From IMG/VR virus record IMGVR_UViG_3300032287_003113, positions 62,001 through 126,000 of that record: a stretch of DNA of 64,000 bases; one strand, given 5' to 3'. Made by a program: the position numbers and the translations under genes. This document shows, in pieces, positions 39,904-48,553 of this stretch. Numbering within the stretch: position 1 is the first letter of the stretch; each line of letters opens with the position of its first letter. The notes under the pieces are model-generated. The model had not been told where the DNA came from. It saw nothing but the letters and a program-made list of their open reading frames with translations, and made no database searches.

Positions 39904-40785
39904 TTATCTAATTTGGGTATAAACGTATTCAGCCCATAGCCGATGCCCTTCGGGGTCGGGATGGCAAGTACTGCCTTTGAGATTGTACGGACTGTCTCCA
40001 AGGAATCTCCAGCGTGTGCCCACACGATCCATGATATCTAAAAACTCAGACTTGCGTTCAGGGTTTTGTGCAATGTATTTTTTTGTCAACGGGTCAATGC
40101 TCATCTGCCCTATAAATGGTACAGGCTGTTGATAGTTATCAAAGTTAAAGTTATCTTGTATTACATCGCACCAAGTTTTTTTTAATAGTAAAGGACTGGA
40201 AACACCGGGCCAAAAATCTGTAAATGCTCGACCAACATGTGCCGATACCGCAGGTACGTTTTTAAAATACGTTTCTAAATTGAGCAACAAGTATTGTTCC
40301 ACTTGCCGCAAAAATTGTTCAATGGTGTCACTGGCTTTCCACATTTGTTGATATGGTTCTTCAACACGTATTCGGCGGGTGTACTCTGCTTCGCGGAGGT
40401 CTTCAGTTAGTGTTACCACCACATAGATTTTTTTATAATTGGCCTGTTGAATAAATGGTTGCAGGTCTTGTAGTTTTTCCAGCATCCAGTAGTTACTACA
40501 GCCTGGTCTAGCCAAATTGACCCAATCGGCATCTAGTAGACGGCTAAGATGTCTACCTGCTATCTGTTCCTGTCTACAAGGGTCGTTACTGGCTTTGTCC
40601 CAATCTATTGTGCCCAAATGATCGCCCCAGGTCCACGAATCCCCAACCATGATCAACAAAGTATCTCGTCCTTGTATATCTTCTTCGTACCACTGTCGAT
40701 AACTGTACACGTTGTTCTGACTCCAGTCTGTGTGCCTGTGATCGATACTTTCTTCAAAGGAGAGTGTGTGGTAAAATTTAAACAT
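39904..40785 (-). CDS. SGNH/GDSL-like hydrolase or acyltransferase
   Basis: VGDSWTWG, NLARPGCSN, CHPDPEGHRLWA. Confidence 0.7.
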   Translation of the reverse strand: MFKFYHTLSFEESIDHRHTDWSQNNVYSYRQWYEEDIQGRDTLLIMVGDSWTWGDHLGTIDWDKASNDPCRQEQIAGRHLSRLLDADWVNLARPGCSNYWMLEKLQDLQPFIQQANYKKIYVVVTLTEDLREAEYTRRIRVEEPYQQMWKASDTIEQFLRQVEQYLLLNLETYFKNVPAVSAHVGRAFTDFWPGVSSPLLLKKTWCDVIQDNFNFDNYQQPVPFIGQMSIDPLTKKYIAQNPERKSEFLDIMDRVGTRWRFLGDSPYNLKGSTCHPDPEGHRLWAEYVYTQIR

Positions 40786-41764
40786 TGTAAAGTGTTAATA
40801 TCCTAGTATCATAATTGATGGTGTTAATGCATTCTTGATTGTGTACAAATATTTCTTGATTGTGTTTGTATAACTGTGGCAAATCTTCTGCCATCAATCT
40901 TTGAAATTCGTCAGTTAATGCAGTAAATCGCCGTTGCGGGTCAGTTATGTTATCAAAACCATAGTCTACACCCACTGGCATCTTAAACCCCATTTCAACC
41001 AGTCTACTGATAGTGCCAGGATTACTAAATGGTAAAATGATATGCCCTTTGATCAACGGCTCAAATGTTTTTTCTGTAATGTGTATTAAGTCATCACGTA
41101 AAAAATTACTTTCACAATAGATGCTGACATAGCTGTCTAAATAAAACGCATTAGGCGCAGGCTGAAATGCTCCTACTATGTCACAACCTTCTACTGTAAT
41201 TCCACGACTACGATTACTTACATATCCATCATTGAAGTTTTTGACAAATTCATACAAATTGGTTCTGTAACTGAACTCACGTCCGGTCATGCTCAAAAAC
41301 TTTTTTGCTTTGGGCCGATCAAAATCCAATTGGGGTATTTGGTATGCTGCTGGGCCGCTGTGATGATGCAGGTATAACTTATTATACGGAACTGTTTCTG
41401 TATAATAACTGCGATATCGATTCCACATAAAATCCCAGGGCACAATGTCTACATCAGCCAGTTTTAATTTGGGACTTTGATTTACTGTGAGGTAAACACG
41501 ATGCGGATGATCAAAGTTACTGATAAACTCACAGAACTTGGTGTGTTCATAATCGCCAGTGTTGACCAAATCATAAAAAATAATTGTTCGACTTGATCTG
41601 GCACGAGTGGTATATGTAGCTAACCATTCTGCGTCATGTGTGTTGTAATGATTGACCAAGGGCCAAAATAAAACCTGCGGATCAAACGTGTTAGCGTCAA
41701 GCCCGAGCAATTCAAGATGGTATGGTAAGTCGTCGCCCTCAATCCCGCGGATATTTTTGATCAT
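40778..41764 (-). CDS. Glycosyltransferase-like protein (GT-B, GT10-like C-terminus)
   Basis: KKFLSM...R...SIYCESNF...ITEKTFEPL..GH...GFK. Confidence 0.55.
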   Translation of the reverse strand: MIKNIRGIEGDDLPYHLELLGLDANTFDPQVLFWPLVNHYNTHDAEWLATYTTRARSSRTIIFYDLVNTGDYEHTKFCEFISNFDHPHRVYLTVNQSPKLKLADVDIVPWDFMWNRYRSYYTETVPYNKLYLHHHSGPAAYQIPQLDFDRPKAKKFLSMTGREFSYRTNLYEFVKNFNDGYVSNRSRGITVEGCDIVGAFQPAPNAFYLDSYVSIYCESNFLRDDLIHITEKTFEPLIKGHIILPFSNPGTISRLVEMGFKMPVGVDYGFDNITDPQRRFTALTDEFQRLMAEDLPQLYKHNQEIFVHNQECINTINYDTRILTLYNV

Positions 41765-42452
41765 AGAATTCTAATAGAAGTTCAGCAATACGCCGGTGAC
41801 CCGCAATGTTGGGGTGAAACAGCTTGCCCGTAAAATATTCATTTTCTCTTATGTCAGGCAAATCATATTCTTTGCCAGTTAATGCTCGAGTAATAGTAGT
41901 TGGATAAATTAGATCTTTACGCAACATGTGTCCGTAGTTGTCAGTTACCAGTTGATCAAAGTAGCTGAAGAATACGCAATCTATTTCATTGTAAAAACAA
42001 AATTGTTGAAATTGAAAAACTGTTTGCACTCCTAAAAATTCATTGTACAGCCCTGACTCCACATACCGGTATGTTTGCTGTGCGTAGTCTTGCATGTGCA
42101 TTACGCAGTTGGGTGGTCTACCTGTAAAGTGTATGTTGCTGGTACTGTAAGGTGCCTCCGACGTTATGTTTATAAATTCGTTGTCTTGATTGTTATAACT
42201 CAAATACCTAGATGGTGCTGTGAGTCCAATCATAAAAATTAATTTGTAATTTTCAAAGTCTGGACGCTGTTTTATAAAATCAAATAGTTGTACTATGGTG
42301 TGTCCAATACTGCTAGCCGGTACGCCCATGTTTACATATTCTATACCAAGATGGTCGGCCACGTGTTTGACCCAGGGGTCTTCTCTAGGAATGTCTAGTT
42401 CGCTGCCAAATGTCCACGAGTCTCCAAAGGCCACCAATAACTGTTTCTTCAT
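41739..42452 (-). CDS. SGNH/GDSL-like hydrolase or acyltransferase
   Basis: Start corrected to MKKQLLVAFGDSWTFG (42452); NMGVPASS; FHPNIAGHRRIA. Confidence 0.7.
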   Translation of the reverse strand: MKKQLLVAFGDSWTFGSELDIPREDPWVKHVADHLGIEYVNMGVPASSIGHTIVQLFDFIKQRPDFENYKLIFMIGLTAPSRYLSYNNQDNEFINITSEAPYSTSNIHFTGRPPNCVMHMQDYAQQTYRYVESGLYNEFLGVQTVFQFQQFCFYNEIDCVFFSYFDQLVTDNYGHMLRKDLIYPTTITRALTGKEYDLPDIRENEYFTGKLFHPNIAGHRRIAELLLEFYDQKYPRD

Positions 42453-42484
42453 TATTATATTTACATGATAAAACCACAACCAAC

Positions 42485-42509
42485 AAAAAAGGCTCCGAAG
42501 AGCCTTTTT
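42485..42509 (-). terminator. Intrinsic terminator after MCP (cUUCGg loop)
   Basis: AAAAAGGCTC-TTCG-GAGCCTTTTTT on -. Confidence 0.9.
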
Positions 42510-42542
42510 GTTCCTTCCCATCCCTGGGGTGGATATTCCTTT

Positions 42543-43721
42543 TTACTGGAACGATAGGTTTGATACAGAGATCTCACCAACGTAGTCACCAGCATTACCT
42601 AGCGAAGACGCTGTGTTTGTCAACTCTACATAACCATAACGTGTCATAAATGATACGACTGGTTCGAATGTAGATGGATCTAGAACAACACCAGAACTCA
42701 TCAATGGGATATATGGGCAATAGAACGCAGCTGCATCAGCTTCGCTTGAACCCTTATAACCAACCAATACAGCCTGACTGTCGTTTGCATAACCGTCAAC
42801 ATATACCTTCATTGCACCGTTCAATGTACCAACAAACTTGGTGTTTGTAGGAGCTTCGAATGTACCTTCTGTTGTACGAGCAAATGCACTTGTTGTAGCA
42901 CTTTGTAGTACTGTCAAAGCAGCTGGACTTACAACTGCCCAGTTACCAGCACCACGACGTGTACGCTGAGCGATCTTGTTAGCAACACGGTTAACTAGAA
43001 CTGCCAAAGCGGCATGCTCATCACCAACGAATGTAGCTGTACCAGAAACGGCAGCTTGGTCATATGCTTCATCAGTAGCGGCAAGAGCACGTAGGGAACC
43101 AAGAATCTCTTGATCAATCTCTACAGTAATTTCTTGTGCTAGGGCAGCCATAATTTCTGCCTCAACATCCAAACCGTGCATAGACTGTGCGTCTTGTGCA
43201 GCTTCAAATGTCCAACGAGCACTTAACTTACGTGTTTTAGCTTCTACAACTTGTTTCAAAATCTGAACGTTAATACGGTTACCAGCAACACCTTCTAGTG
43301 TACTAGTTGTATTAGCCATACCAGTAGAGTTACTACCAGAGTATGCTGTTGCAATTTTGAATGGGCTCAATGCCTCATCACCAGCTGTTGTGCTTGTCTG
43401 ATATGCAGATGAATCTGTAACAGAATCAGCATAACGTACACGCAATGTGTGGATTTGAGCTACTGGACCTGTCATTGGCTGTACACCAACGATTTCGTTG
43501 GCGATAACTGTTGGCATTACACGACGGATAACTGGTAGAATTACACGGTTTAGTGTAGCTACGTTACCTGCTTGTGTAGAGCCAGCTGTTGCGTTCTCAG
43601 CCAACATTTTGCGTGTATTCTCAAGGATTACACCCATTGTAGTTCTTTTAGAACCATTTAGACCTTCTAACAGGGCTTCTTTTGTTTCGCCCCAACGGCC
43701 TTCTAATAATGCTTGTGTCAT
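42543..43721 (-). CDS. gp23: Major capsid protein
   Basis: GVQPMTGP, VEAKTRKL.A.WT.E.AQD...HGLD.E.E, EIDQEI, FYCPYIPL, P.TFEP...MTRYG. Confidence 0.97.
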   Translation of the reverse strand: MTQALLEGRWGETKEALLEGLNGSKRTTMGVILENTRKMLAENATAGSTQAGNVATLNRVILPVIRRVMPTVIANEIVGVQPMTGPVAQIHTLRVRYADSVTDSSAYQTSTTAGDEALSPFKIATAYSGSNSTGMANTTSTLEGVAGNRINVQILKQVVEAKTRKLSARWTFEAAQDAQSMHGLDVEAEIMAALAQEITVEIDQEILGSLRALAATDEAYDQAAVSGTATFVGDEHAALAVLVNRVANKIAQRTRRGAGNWAVVSPAALTVLQSATTSAFARTTEGTFEAPTNTKFVGTLNGAMKVYVDGYANDSQAVLVGYKGSSEADAAAFYCPYIPLMSSGVVLDPSTFEPVVSFMTRYGYVELTNTASSLGNAGDYVGEISVSNLSFQ

Positions 43722-43745
43722 AATATTCCTCTTTCCTTTTAGGGT

Positions 43746-44864
43746 TTAATTAAGCCCTGCTAAACGTTTCATTTCATAAACATTGGACATTACGTCTTTT
43801 GTTTCTGAAGCTTCAACGGCAGTTTTAGCAGTTTTATCACCAGTTACTACTTGACGACTCTCTGTCAAAACAGCAGCTTTTGGAGCGGCTTCTTTAACAG
43901 CAGAATTGTTTAGTACAGCTGGTAGATACTTTTCATATGCGGACTGTAGCTTATCAGTCTGCACACTCTCGAGTAGGTCACGCATGATTGCTGACTTCTC
44001 TTTGTTCAAAGGTTTCAACATTTCTGCAAGACGTTCTTTGCGTTCTGCTGATTCTTTGATAATACGAATTTCTGTTTCTTTTGATTCAACCAAAGCTTTC
44101 TTATCTTCAATTGCTGATACTGCTTCAGACAATTTCTGAGTTACCATGTCCACTGTGGATTGTAACTCGCGGATTTGTTTGTTCTCATTTAAGTGAGTAA
44201 CAGCAAATTCGCTTGCGAATGCTTCATATAGACGACGACCAAACATGTTCTCGCGAGCAACTTGGATGTCTTCTTTTAGTTGAGTCAGTTCTGACTCTAA
44301 CGAACTGGTTACGGCCTCTTTAACAGCCTCAGCAGATTGTTTTACAAATTTGGCTTGCAGTTCAGCTAATTTAGCTTTACCTTCAGCGACTAGACGAACT
44401 TTAGTTTCCACTACAGCTTTCTTGTCTGCTTCAAATTCTTTGATTTCTTCTGCCAATGCACGGATTGTAAACTGTTCAAGTTTGCTGATAGCATTCTCGT
44501 AAGTTTTACGATCTGCACGTAGTTCTTTGATTTCTTCAGCTAGTTTACTAACTAAGAAATTGTCAAACTTACTTGCACTTTCAACCATTTGCTTTTTAAA
44601 TGCAACACGGTCTTCGGCTAATTGTTGTTTTTCGTCTGCGAACTCTTGCAGTTCAGCAGTGAGAGACTCTGTTACCATTTTGTCTAGAGCTTCAACCATT
44701 ACTGCTTTGTCATGTTGATAACGTTGAGCAAATTCTTCGCGTAATTCTGCACGAACTTGTTCTTTGGCTTCAGTAATGCGTGATTCCCAAGCTTCAGCAA
44801 TAGCTGTCTTGGTCTCTTCATTAATGATTCCGTTATCCAACAATGGTTTGATAGCATCTAACAT
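43746..44864 (-). CDS. gp22: Prohead core scaffold protein
   Basis: Coiled-coil, E/K-rich; lies between protease and MCP. Confidence 0.8.
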   Translation of the reverse strand: MLDAIKPLLDNGIINEETKTAIAEAWESRITEAKEQVRAELREEFAQRYQHDKAVMVEALDKMVTESLTAELQEFADEKQQLAEDRVAFKKQMVESASKFDNFLVSKLAEEIKELRADRKTYENAISKLEQFTIRALAEEIKEFEADKKAVVETKVRLVAEGKAKLAELQAKFVKQSAEAVKEAVTSSLESELTQLKEDIQVARENMFGRRLYEAFASEFAVTHLNENKQIRELQSTVDMVTQKLSEAVSAIEDKKALVESKETEIRIIKESAERKERLAEMLKPLNKEKSAIMRDLLESVQTDKLQSAYEKYLPAVLNNSAVKEAAPKAAVLTESRQVVTGDKTAKTAVEASETKDVMSNVYEMKRLAGLN

Positions 44865-44876
44865 TGGATATTTCTC

Positions 44877-45509
44877 CTATAGTTTTAAATCTTTGATCAA
44901 GGCTGCAATGCCCTCTTTCAGGTACTTCTGTACTTTTTGATCTTGAGCGGCTTCACGTGCCGTTTCAAATACCTTAGCACCACCACGCATGTTCATCAAG
45001 CCTTCATAGATGGCTTTTGGATACGCATGAGGAGCACTAGGTTGTGCTACGATGTCTACGGTAATGATTTCAAAATCACTAACGTGTCCACTTCCTTCAT
45101 TGACATTACCTGATCCACGCGATGATACACCTAGCTTAACACCAGAGGTTATCATGGCTTCTACTAGTTGTCCCATTGGGGTTGGCAATACCTTTAATTT
45201 ACCACGTCCTGTTGGACCATCCATCCACATCTTTTCAATCATGTGGCTTACGCGGTCTAGGTTAATCTTTAAATCATCTGGATGATCTACTTCACCCAAC
45301 ACAGAATAACCTTCATTGATTTGTTTGTTGATGGTATTAACAGCTTTTTCTATTTCATGGACAGGGTATACTCGTTCATTGGCGTTCTTTACTCCGCCTT
45401 CGATGAATATACCCTCCATTTTTAGAGATTTCTTGCCATTCTCGTCGACGGACTCAACAATCAAGCCCGCCCGATCAAATGTAAGATTCTCTTTTAGGTA
45501 CAAAGCCAT
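44877..45509 (-). CDS. gp21: Prohead protease
   Basis: NANERVYP, LGEVDHP, INLDRVSH, TPMG, LGVSSRGSG, DIVAQPSAP.A. Confidence 0.95.
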   Translation of the reverse strand: MALYLKENLTFDRAGLIVESVDENGKKSLKMEGIFIEGGVKNANERVYPVHEIEKAVNTINKQINEGYSVLGEVDHPDDLKINLDRVSHMIEKMWMDGPTGRGKLKVLPTPMGQLVEAMITSGVKLGVSSRGSGNVNEGSGHVSDFEIITVDIVAQPSAPHAYPKAIYEGLMNMRGGAKVFETAREAAQDQKVQKYLKEGIAALIKDLKL

Positions 45510-45522
45510 TTGTAGTTCCTAA

Positions 45523-46473
45523 TTATTTACGAACTGGGCTCTTGTCGTTTGTAGGCACGCTACCATCGGTAGTTTGACCTTCGCCTGACTTGGCTGTTTC
45601 TTTGGTTTTAAAAGAGTTACCAGCTTTTCCACCTGGAACATTGATGTTACCAGATTTGATTTCTTGTGGCTTTTCGCTTGATGGAGCACTTGTTCCGTCT
45701 GGGTTGCTTTCGCCGCCCTTGGTCTTAACTGCTGTACCACCAAAGTCAGCACCAGGACCAGTTACAGACTTGGTGTTAACACTTGTCTTTTTACCAGATC
45801 CAGCAACTGCGTCGCCTTCGGCTGCATCACCAGCACCACCGTAGATATCACCAATGCGGTCTACATACTCACGCATTAATTCAGAAGTAGATAGTTTGCG
45901 TGAATTGTCACGTGATTCCTTGGCTTCTTCTTTTTTATCTTCTTTGTCTTCTTCGTCGTCGCAATCTTCTTCATCGGACTCTTCGGCTTCCATCATGCCC
46001 ATTTCGGCTATTTTTGGCTCTTCGGCACCCATGTCGTCCATTGCTGGCATTTCTGCAGACATTTCGTCTGAATCATTGTCGCCCATGATTTCGTCAAACT
46101 TAGCTAATAGCTCGTCTAACTTGGCATCAATGTTCATGATTTTGTCGTCTTCGGCTTCTTCGTCATGACCAACTTCGGCTGGCATGTCGCCTGTCATTTC
46201 ACCATCGTCTTCACCATCTGGGTCAAGACTAAATTCTTCTTCGCCTTCTTCATCAGCTTCGCCCACTGCTTCTTCGCCAGCTAGTTGATTTGTTAGTTCT
46301 TCAACTTGCTCACCAGCAACAGGTCCGCCCATGTTTTCTTCGACTTGCTCTTCGTCCATAATGGACTCATAGATGTCACGGCTTTTTTCTACTACGATTG
46401 TGTGAAATAATTCACGTGCTTTTTGATCTTCATCGTTAATGATGTATTCAATTAATTTTTCAAACTTGTTCAT
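45523..46473 (-). CDS. Highly acidic prohead core-like protein (gp67/68 position)
   Basis: D/E-rich, 316 aa, between portal and protease; late promoter 46504-46509 and AGGAG SD. Confidence 0.6.
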   Translation of the reverse strand: MNKFEKLIEYIINDEDQKARELFHTIVVEKSRDIYESIMDEEQVEENMGGPVAGEQVEELTNQLAGEEAVGEADEEGEEEFSLDPDGEDDGEMTGDMPAEVGHDEEAEDDKIMNIDAKLDELLAKFDEIMGDNDSDEMSAEMPAMDDMGAEEPKIAEMGMMEAEESDEEDCDDEEDKEDKKEEAKESRDNSRKLSTSELMREYVDRIGDIYGGAGDAAEGDAVAGSGKKTSVNTKSVTGPGADFGGTAVKTKGGESNPDGTSAPSSEKPQEIKSGNINVPGGKAGNSFKTKETAKSGEGQTTDGSVPTNDKSPVRK

Positions 46474-46568
46474 GAGAACTCCTTATATAAATGGCTTGTA
46501 TATTATTTACAAATATACGCAGTTTTTGGGGTTAAATGGGTAGTTTTTGAAGAATATTGACGGAATAA

Positions 46569-46802
46569 TTACATTCCGAGAGGGGCGCCACCAGGTTCTG
46601 CAGGTGGTTGATATTGTTTTGCTACTGCTTCCAGCTTTTTTTCATGCTCAAGTTTGCGTACATCGTGGGCTTGTCTTAGCTGGTTTAGGTGTGATAGAGT
46701 CAAGCGAGTTTTGCGGCTATCCGACATCGTAAGCGTACTTTGGTCTGCTTTTTCGTCGTGATAACCATGAGGTGCTGGGTCAAATAGTTCACTAATAATC
46801 AT
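46569..46802 (-). CDS. Small hypothetical head-cluster protein
   Basis: MIISELFD...DSRKTRLTL..LN.LR; TAAATA 5 nt upstream of ATG. Confidence 0.65.
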   Translation of the reverse strand: MIISELFDPAPHGYHDEKADQSTLTMSDSRKTRLTLSHLNQLRQAHDVRKLEHEKKLEAVAKQYQPPAEPGGAPLGM

Positions 46803-46825
46803 AATACTATTTAACCTTTTATTTG

Positions 46826-48520
46826 TTAAAGTGCTGGCTGTGCGCCGGCTGGACTAGGTGCGCCTGGAACTGCGCCACCTAAATCAGGACCGCCGGGTGC
46901 GGCACCCGGTGCCGTTTCAGGACCCAGTCCTTCTAGATCGTTTTGCAAACCGCCCGGACTGATGCCCACGCTACGTAGACCTGGAGCTTCGGGCTGTGCT
47001 AATTCGGCGTCGCCACGTTCTTCGGCCCATGCTGTTTCATTTTCACTGATTTCTTGTTCGGTCATGCCCAAATAACGCTTCATCAACCAACGCTTGCTTA
47101 GATACGGATACTGTTCTAGCTGTGTAAATGTGCCAATACGTGCAGCATCAATGTCGGCTTGACGATACTGTGCAAAGTTTTGTGGTTCATTGAAGCTTAA
47201 ATCAAACAAGCTACCGTCAATGTTAAATCCACGCCAACGCATAAACAGCTTGAACTCTGAGTCCAGCTTGTCAGCAATCATGCTTTGTAAACGCTGGCAA
47301 TATTGATTGAACCGCCATTCTTGGATCAGTGCTGTGCCCACACGTCCGTCTGTGTAGGCTGCTGTACCGTCTTCGGCTGTGGTAGGCAAATAACTGCTGG
47401 GAATACGCAGGCCACGGAACAGCTTGTTGGTAAAGAAGCGTAAGTCTGTGATTTCGCCTAGATTTTGGCCGCCGGGTAGGACGTCTACACTGGATCCACG
47501 ACCGTCTGCTGTGGTTGGAAAGAAGTAGTCTTCGTTTGTGCTCAAGGGATTGTATGTGGCATCCATCATGTTGGCACCACCACCCGATTGTGTGGGAATA
47601 CGACGCTGATGTATTTCGTTTTTGATACGTTCCACAAAGGCCATGGCCATGTGTGTGGGCATGTTACCTACGTCAATTTTGAATATTCTACGCTCTGGAG
47701 CACGCTGCACACGGTAGATAATGATCGAATCTTCTAGCAGTTCTTTTTGTTTAAACACTTTGAAAATGTTTTCTAGTACTGAGTTACCAAATGGCCAGTA
47801 TACGTCCAAGCCTTCAGTTAGGCTGATATGTACCACATGTTCAGCATTGAGAGCAGCTTCGTTTTGAGCATGACTGAAACGTGAGCCGCCGCCAAATGGA
47901 CTTTGCGGTTGTGTGTAACTACCCGATGGACCACCCACCTGCGGATGATTCATGTAGGTGTCTGTTGTTGCCACTGCTGTGACTGTTAAGTTTTGAAAGT
48001 TGGGGTTTAGGTCTTTGATCAAGTACTGTTCAGGTTTTTTGCCTTCGCCTTCGTTCACAATGACCTTGGTAACTTTTGACATTTCTGTCCAGTACAGCTT
48101 GAAGTTTTCTGGATCACGTATAAACACTTGGTCGCCATACTTGAATGTGTTGCGAACAATTTTAAAAACACGCTTGTTCAGTTCGTTTAGGCTGACCCAC
48201 TGTTGCAGTTGCTCTTTGATGATTTTTACTTCGTTGTCCGACGGAGTTTCTTTGTACTTGATGGTAAATGCTGTGTGATTTTCTTGATTTTTTTGAGTGC
48301 AAAACTCGGCCAGTATGTCTAGTGCGGCATTGACTTCTGAGTCCATGTCCATTTGTTCGTACTGATTGTAGCGTTCAACACGATTGGGTTGTCCGGTATA
48401 AACTTCAGGTAATTGACTTTGGTAATTACGGAATCCAGGATCTGGAGCACGTCCAGCACCCAAAGGGCTTACGTTGCTGGGTAAGTTACTAGTCTTAAAA
48501 TATTTTTTCCAACCGGCCAT
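46826..48520 (-). CDS. gp20: Portal protein
   Basis: LLEDSIIIYRVQRAPERRIFKIDVGNMP, EDYFFP, LPGGQNLGEITD, LRIPSSYL; TATAAATA at 48541-48548. Confidence 0.97.
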   Translation of the reverse strand: MAGWKKYFKTSNLPSNVSPLGAGRAPDPGFRNYQSQLPEVYTGQPNRVERYNQYEQMDMDSEVNAALDILAEFCTQKNQENHTAFTIKYKETPSDNEVKIIKEQLQQWVSLNELNKRVFKIVRNTFKYGDQVFIRDPENFKLYWTEMSKVTKVIVNEGEGKKPEQYLIKDLNPNFQNLTVTAVATTDTYMNHPQVGGPSGSYTQPQSPFGGGSRFSHAQNEAALNAEHVVHISLTEGLDVYWPFGNSVLENIFKVFKQKELLEDSIIIYRVQRAPERRIFKIDVGNMPTHMAMAFVERIKNEIHQRRIPTQSGGGANMMDATYNPLSTNEDYFFPTTADGRGSSVDVLPGGQNLGEITDLRFFTNKLFRGLRIPSSYLPTTAEDGTAAYTDGRVGTALIQEWRFNQYCQRLQSMIADKLDSEFKLFMRWRGFNIDGSLFDLSFNEPQNFAQYRQADIDAARIGTFTQLEQYPYLSKRWLMKRYLGMTEQEISENETAWAEERGDAELAQPEAPGLRSVGISPGGLQNDLEGLGPETAPGAAPGGPDLGGAVPGAPSPAGAQPAL

Positions 48521-48553
48521 ATATGTTCTCTCGTATGCTATATTTATAGCTGG

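Noticed and set aside
42452-42521. Longer ORF-track starts (also 2933, 16183, 18966, 38375, 58451)
   Set aside because: These extensions run through terminators, promoter boxes or upstream genes; the downstream starts fit SD, promoter or coupling signals better.
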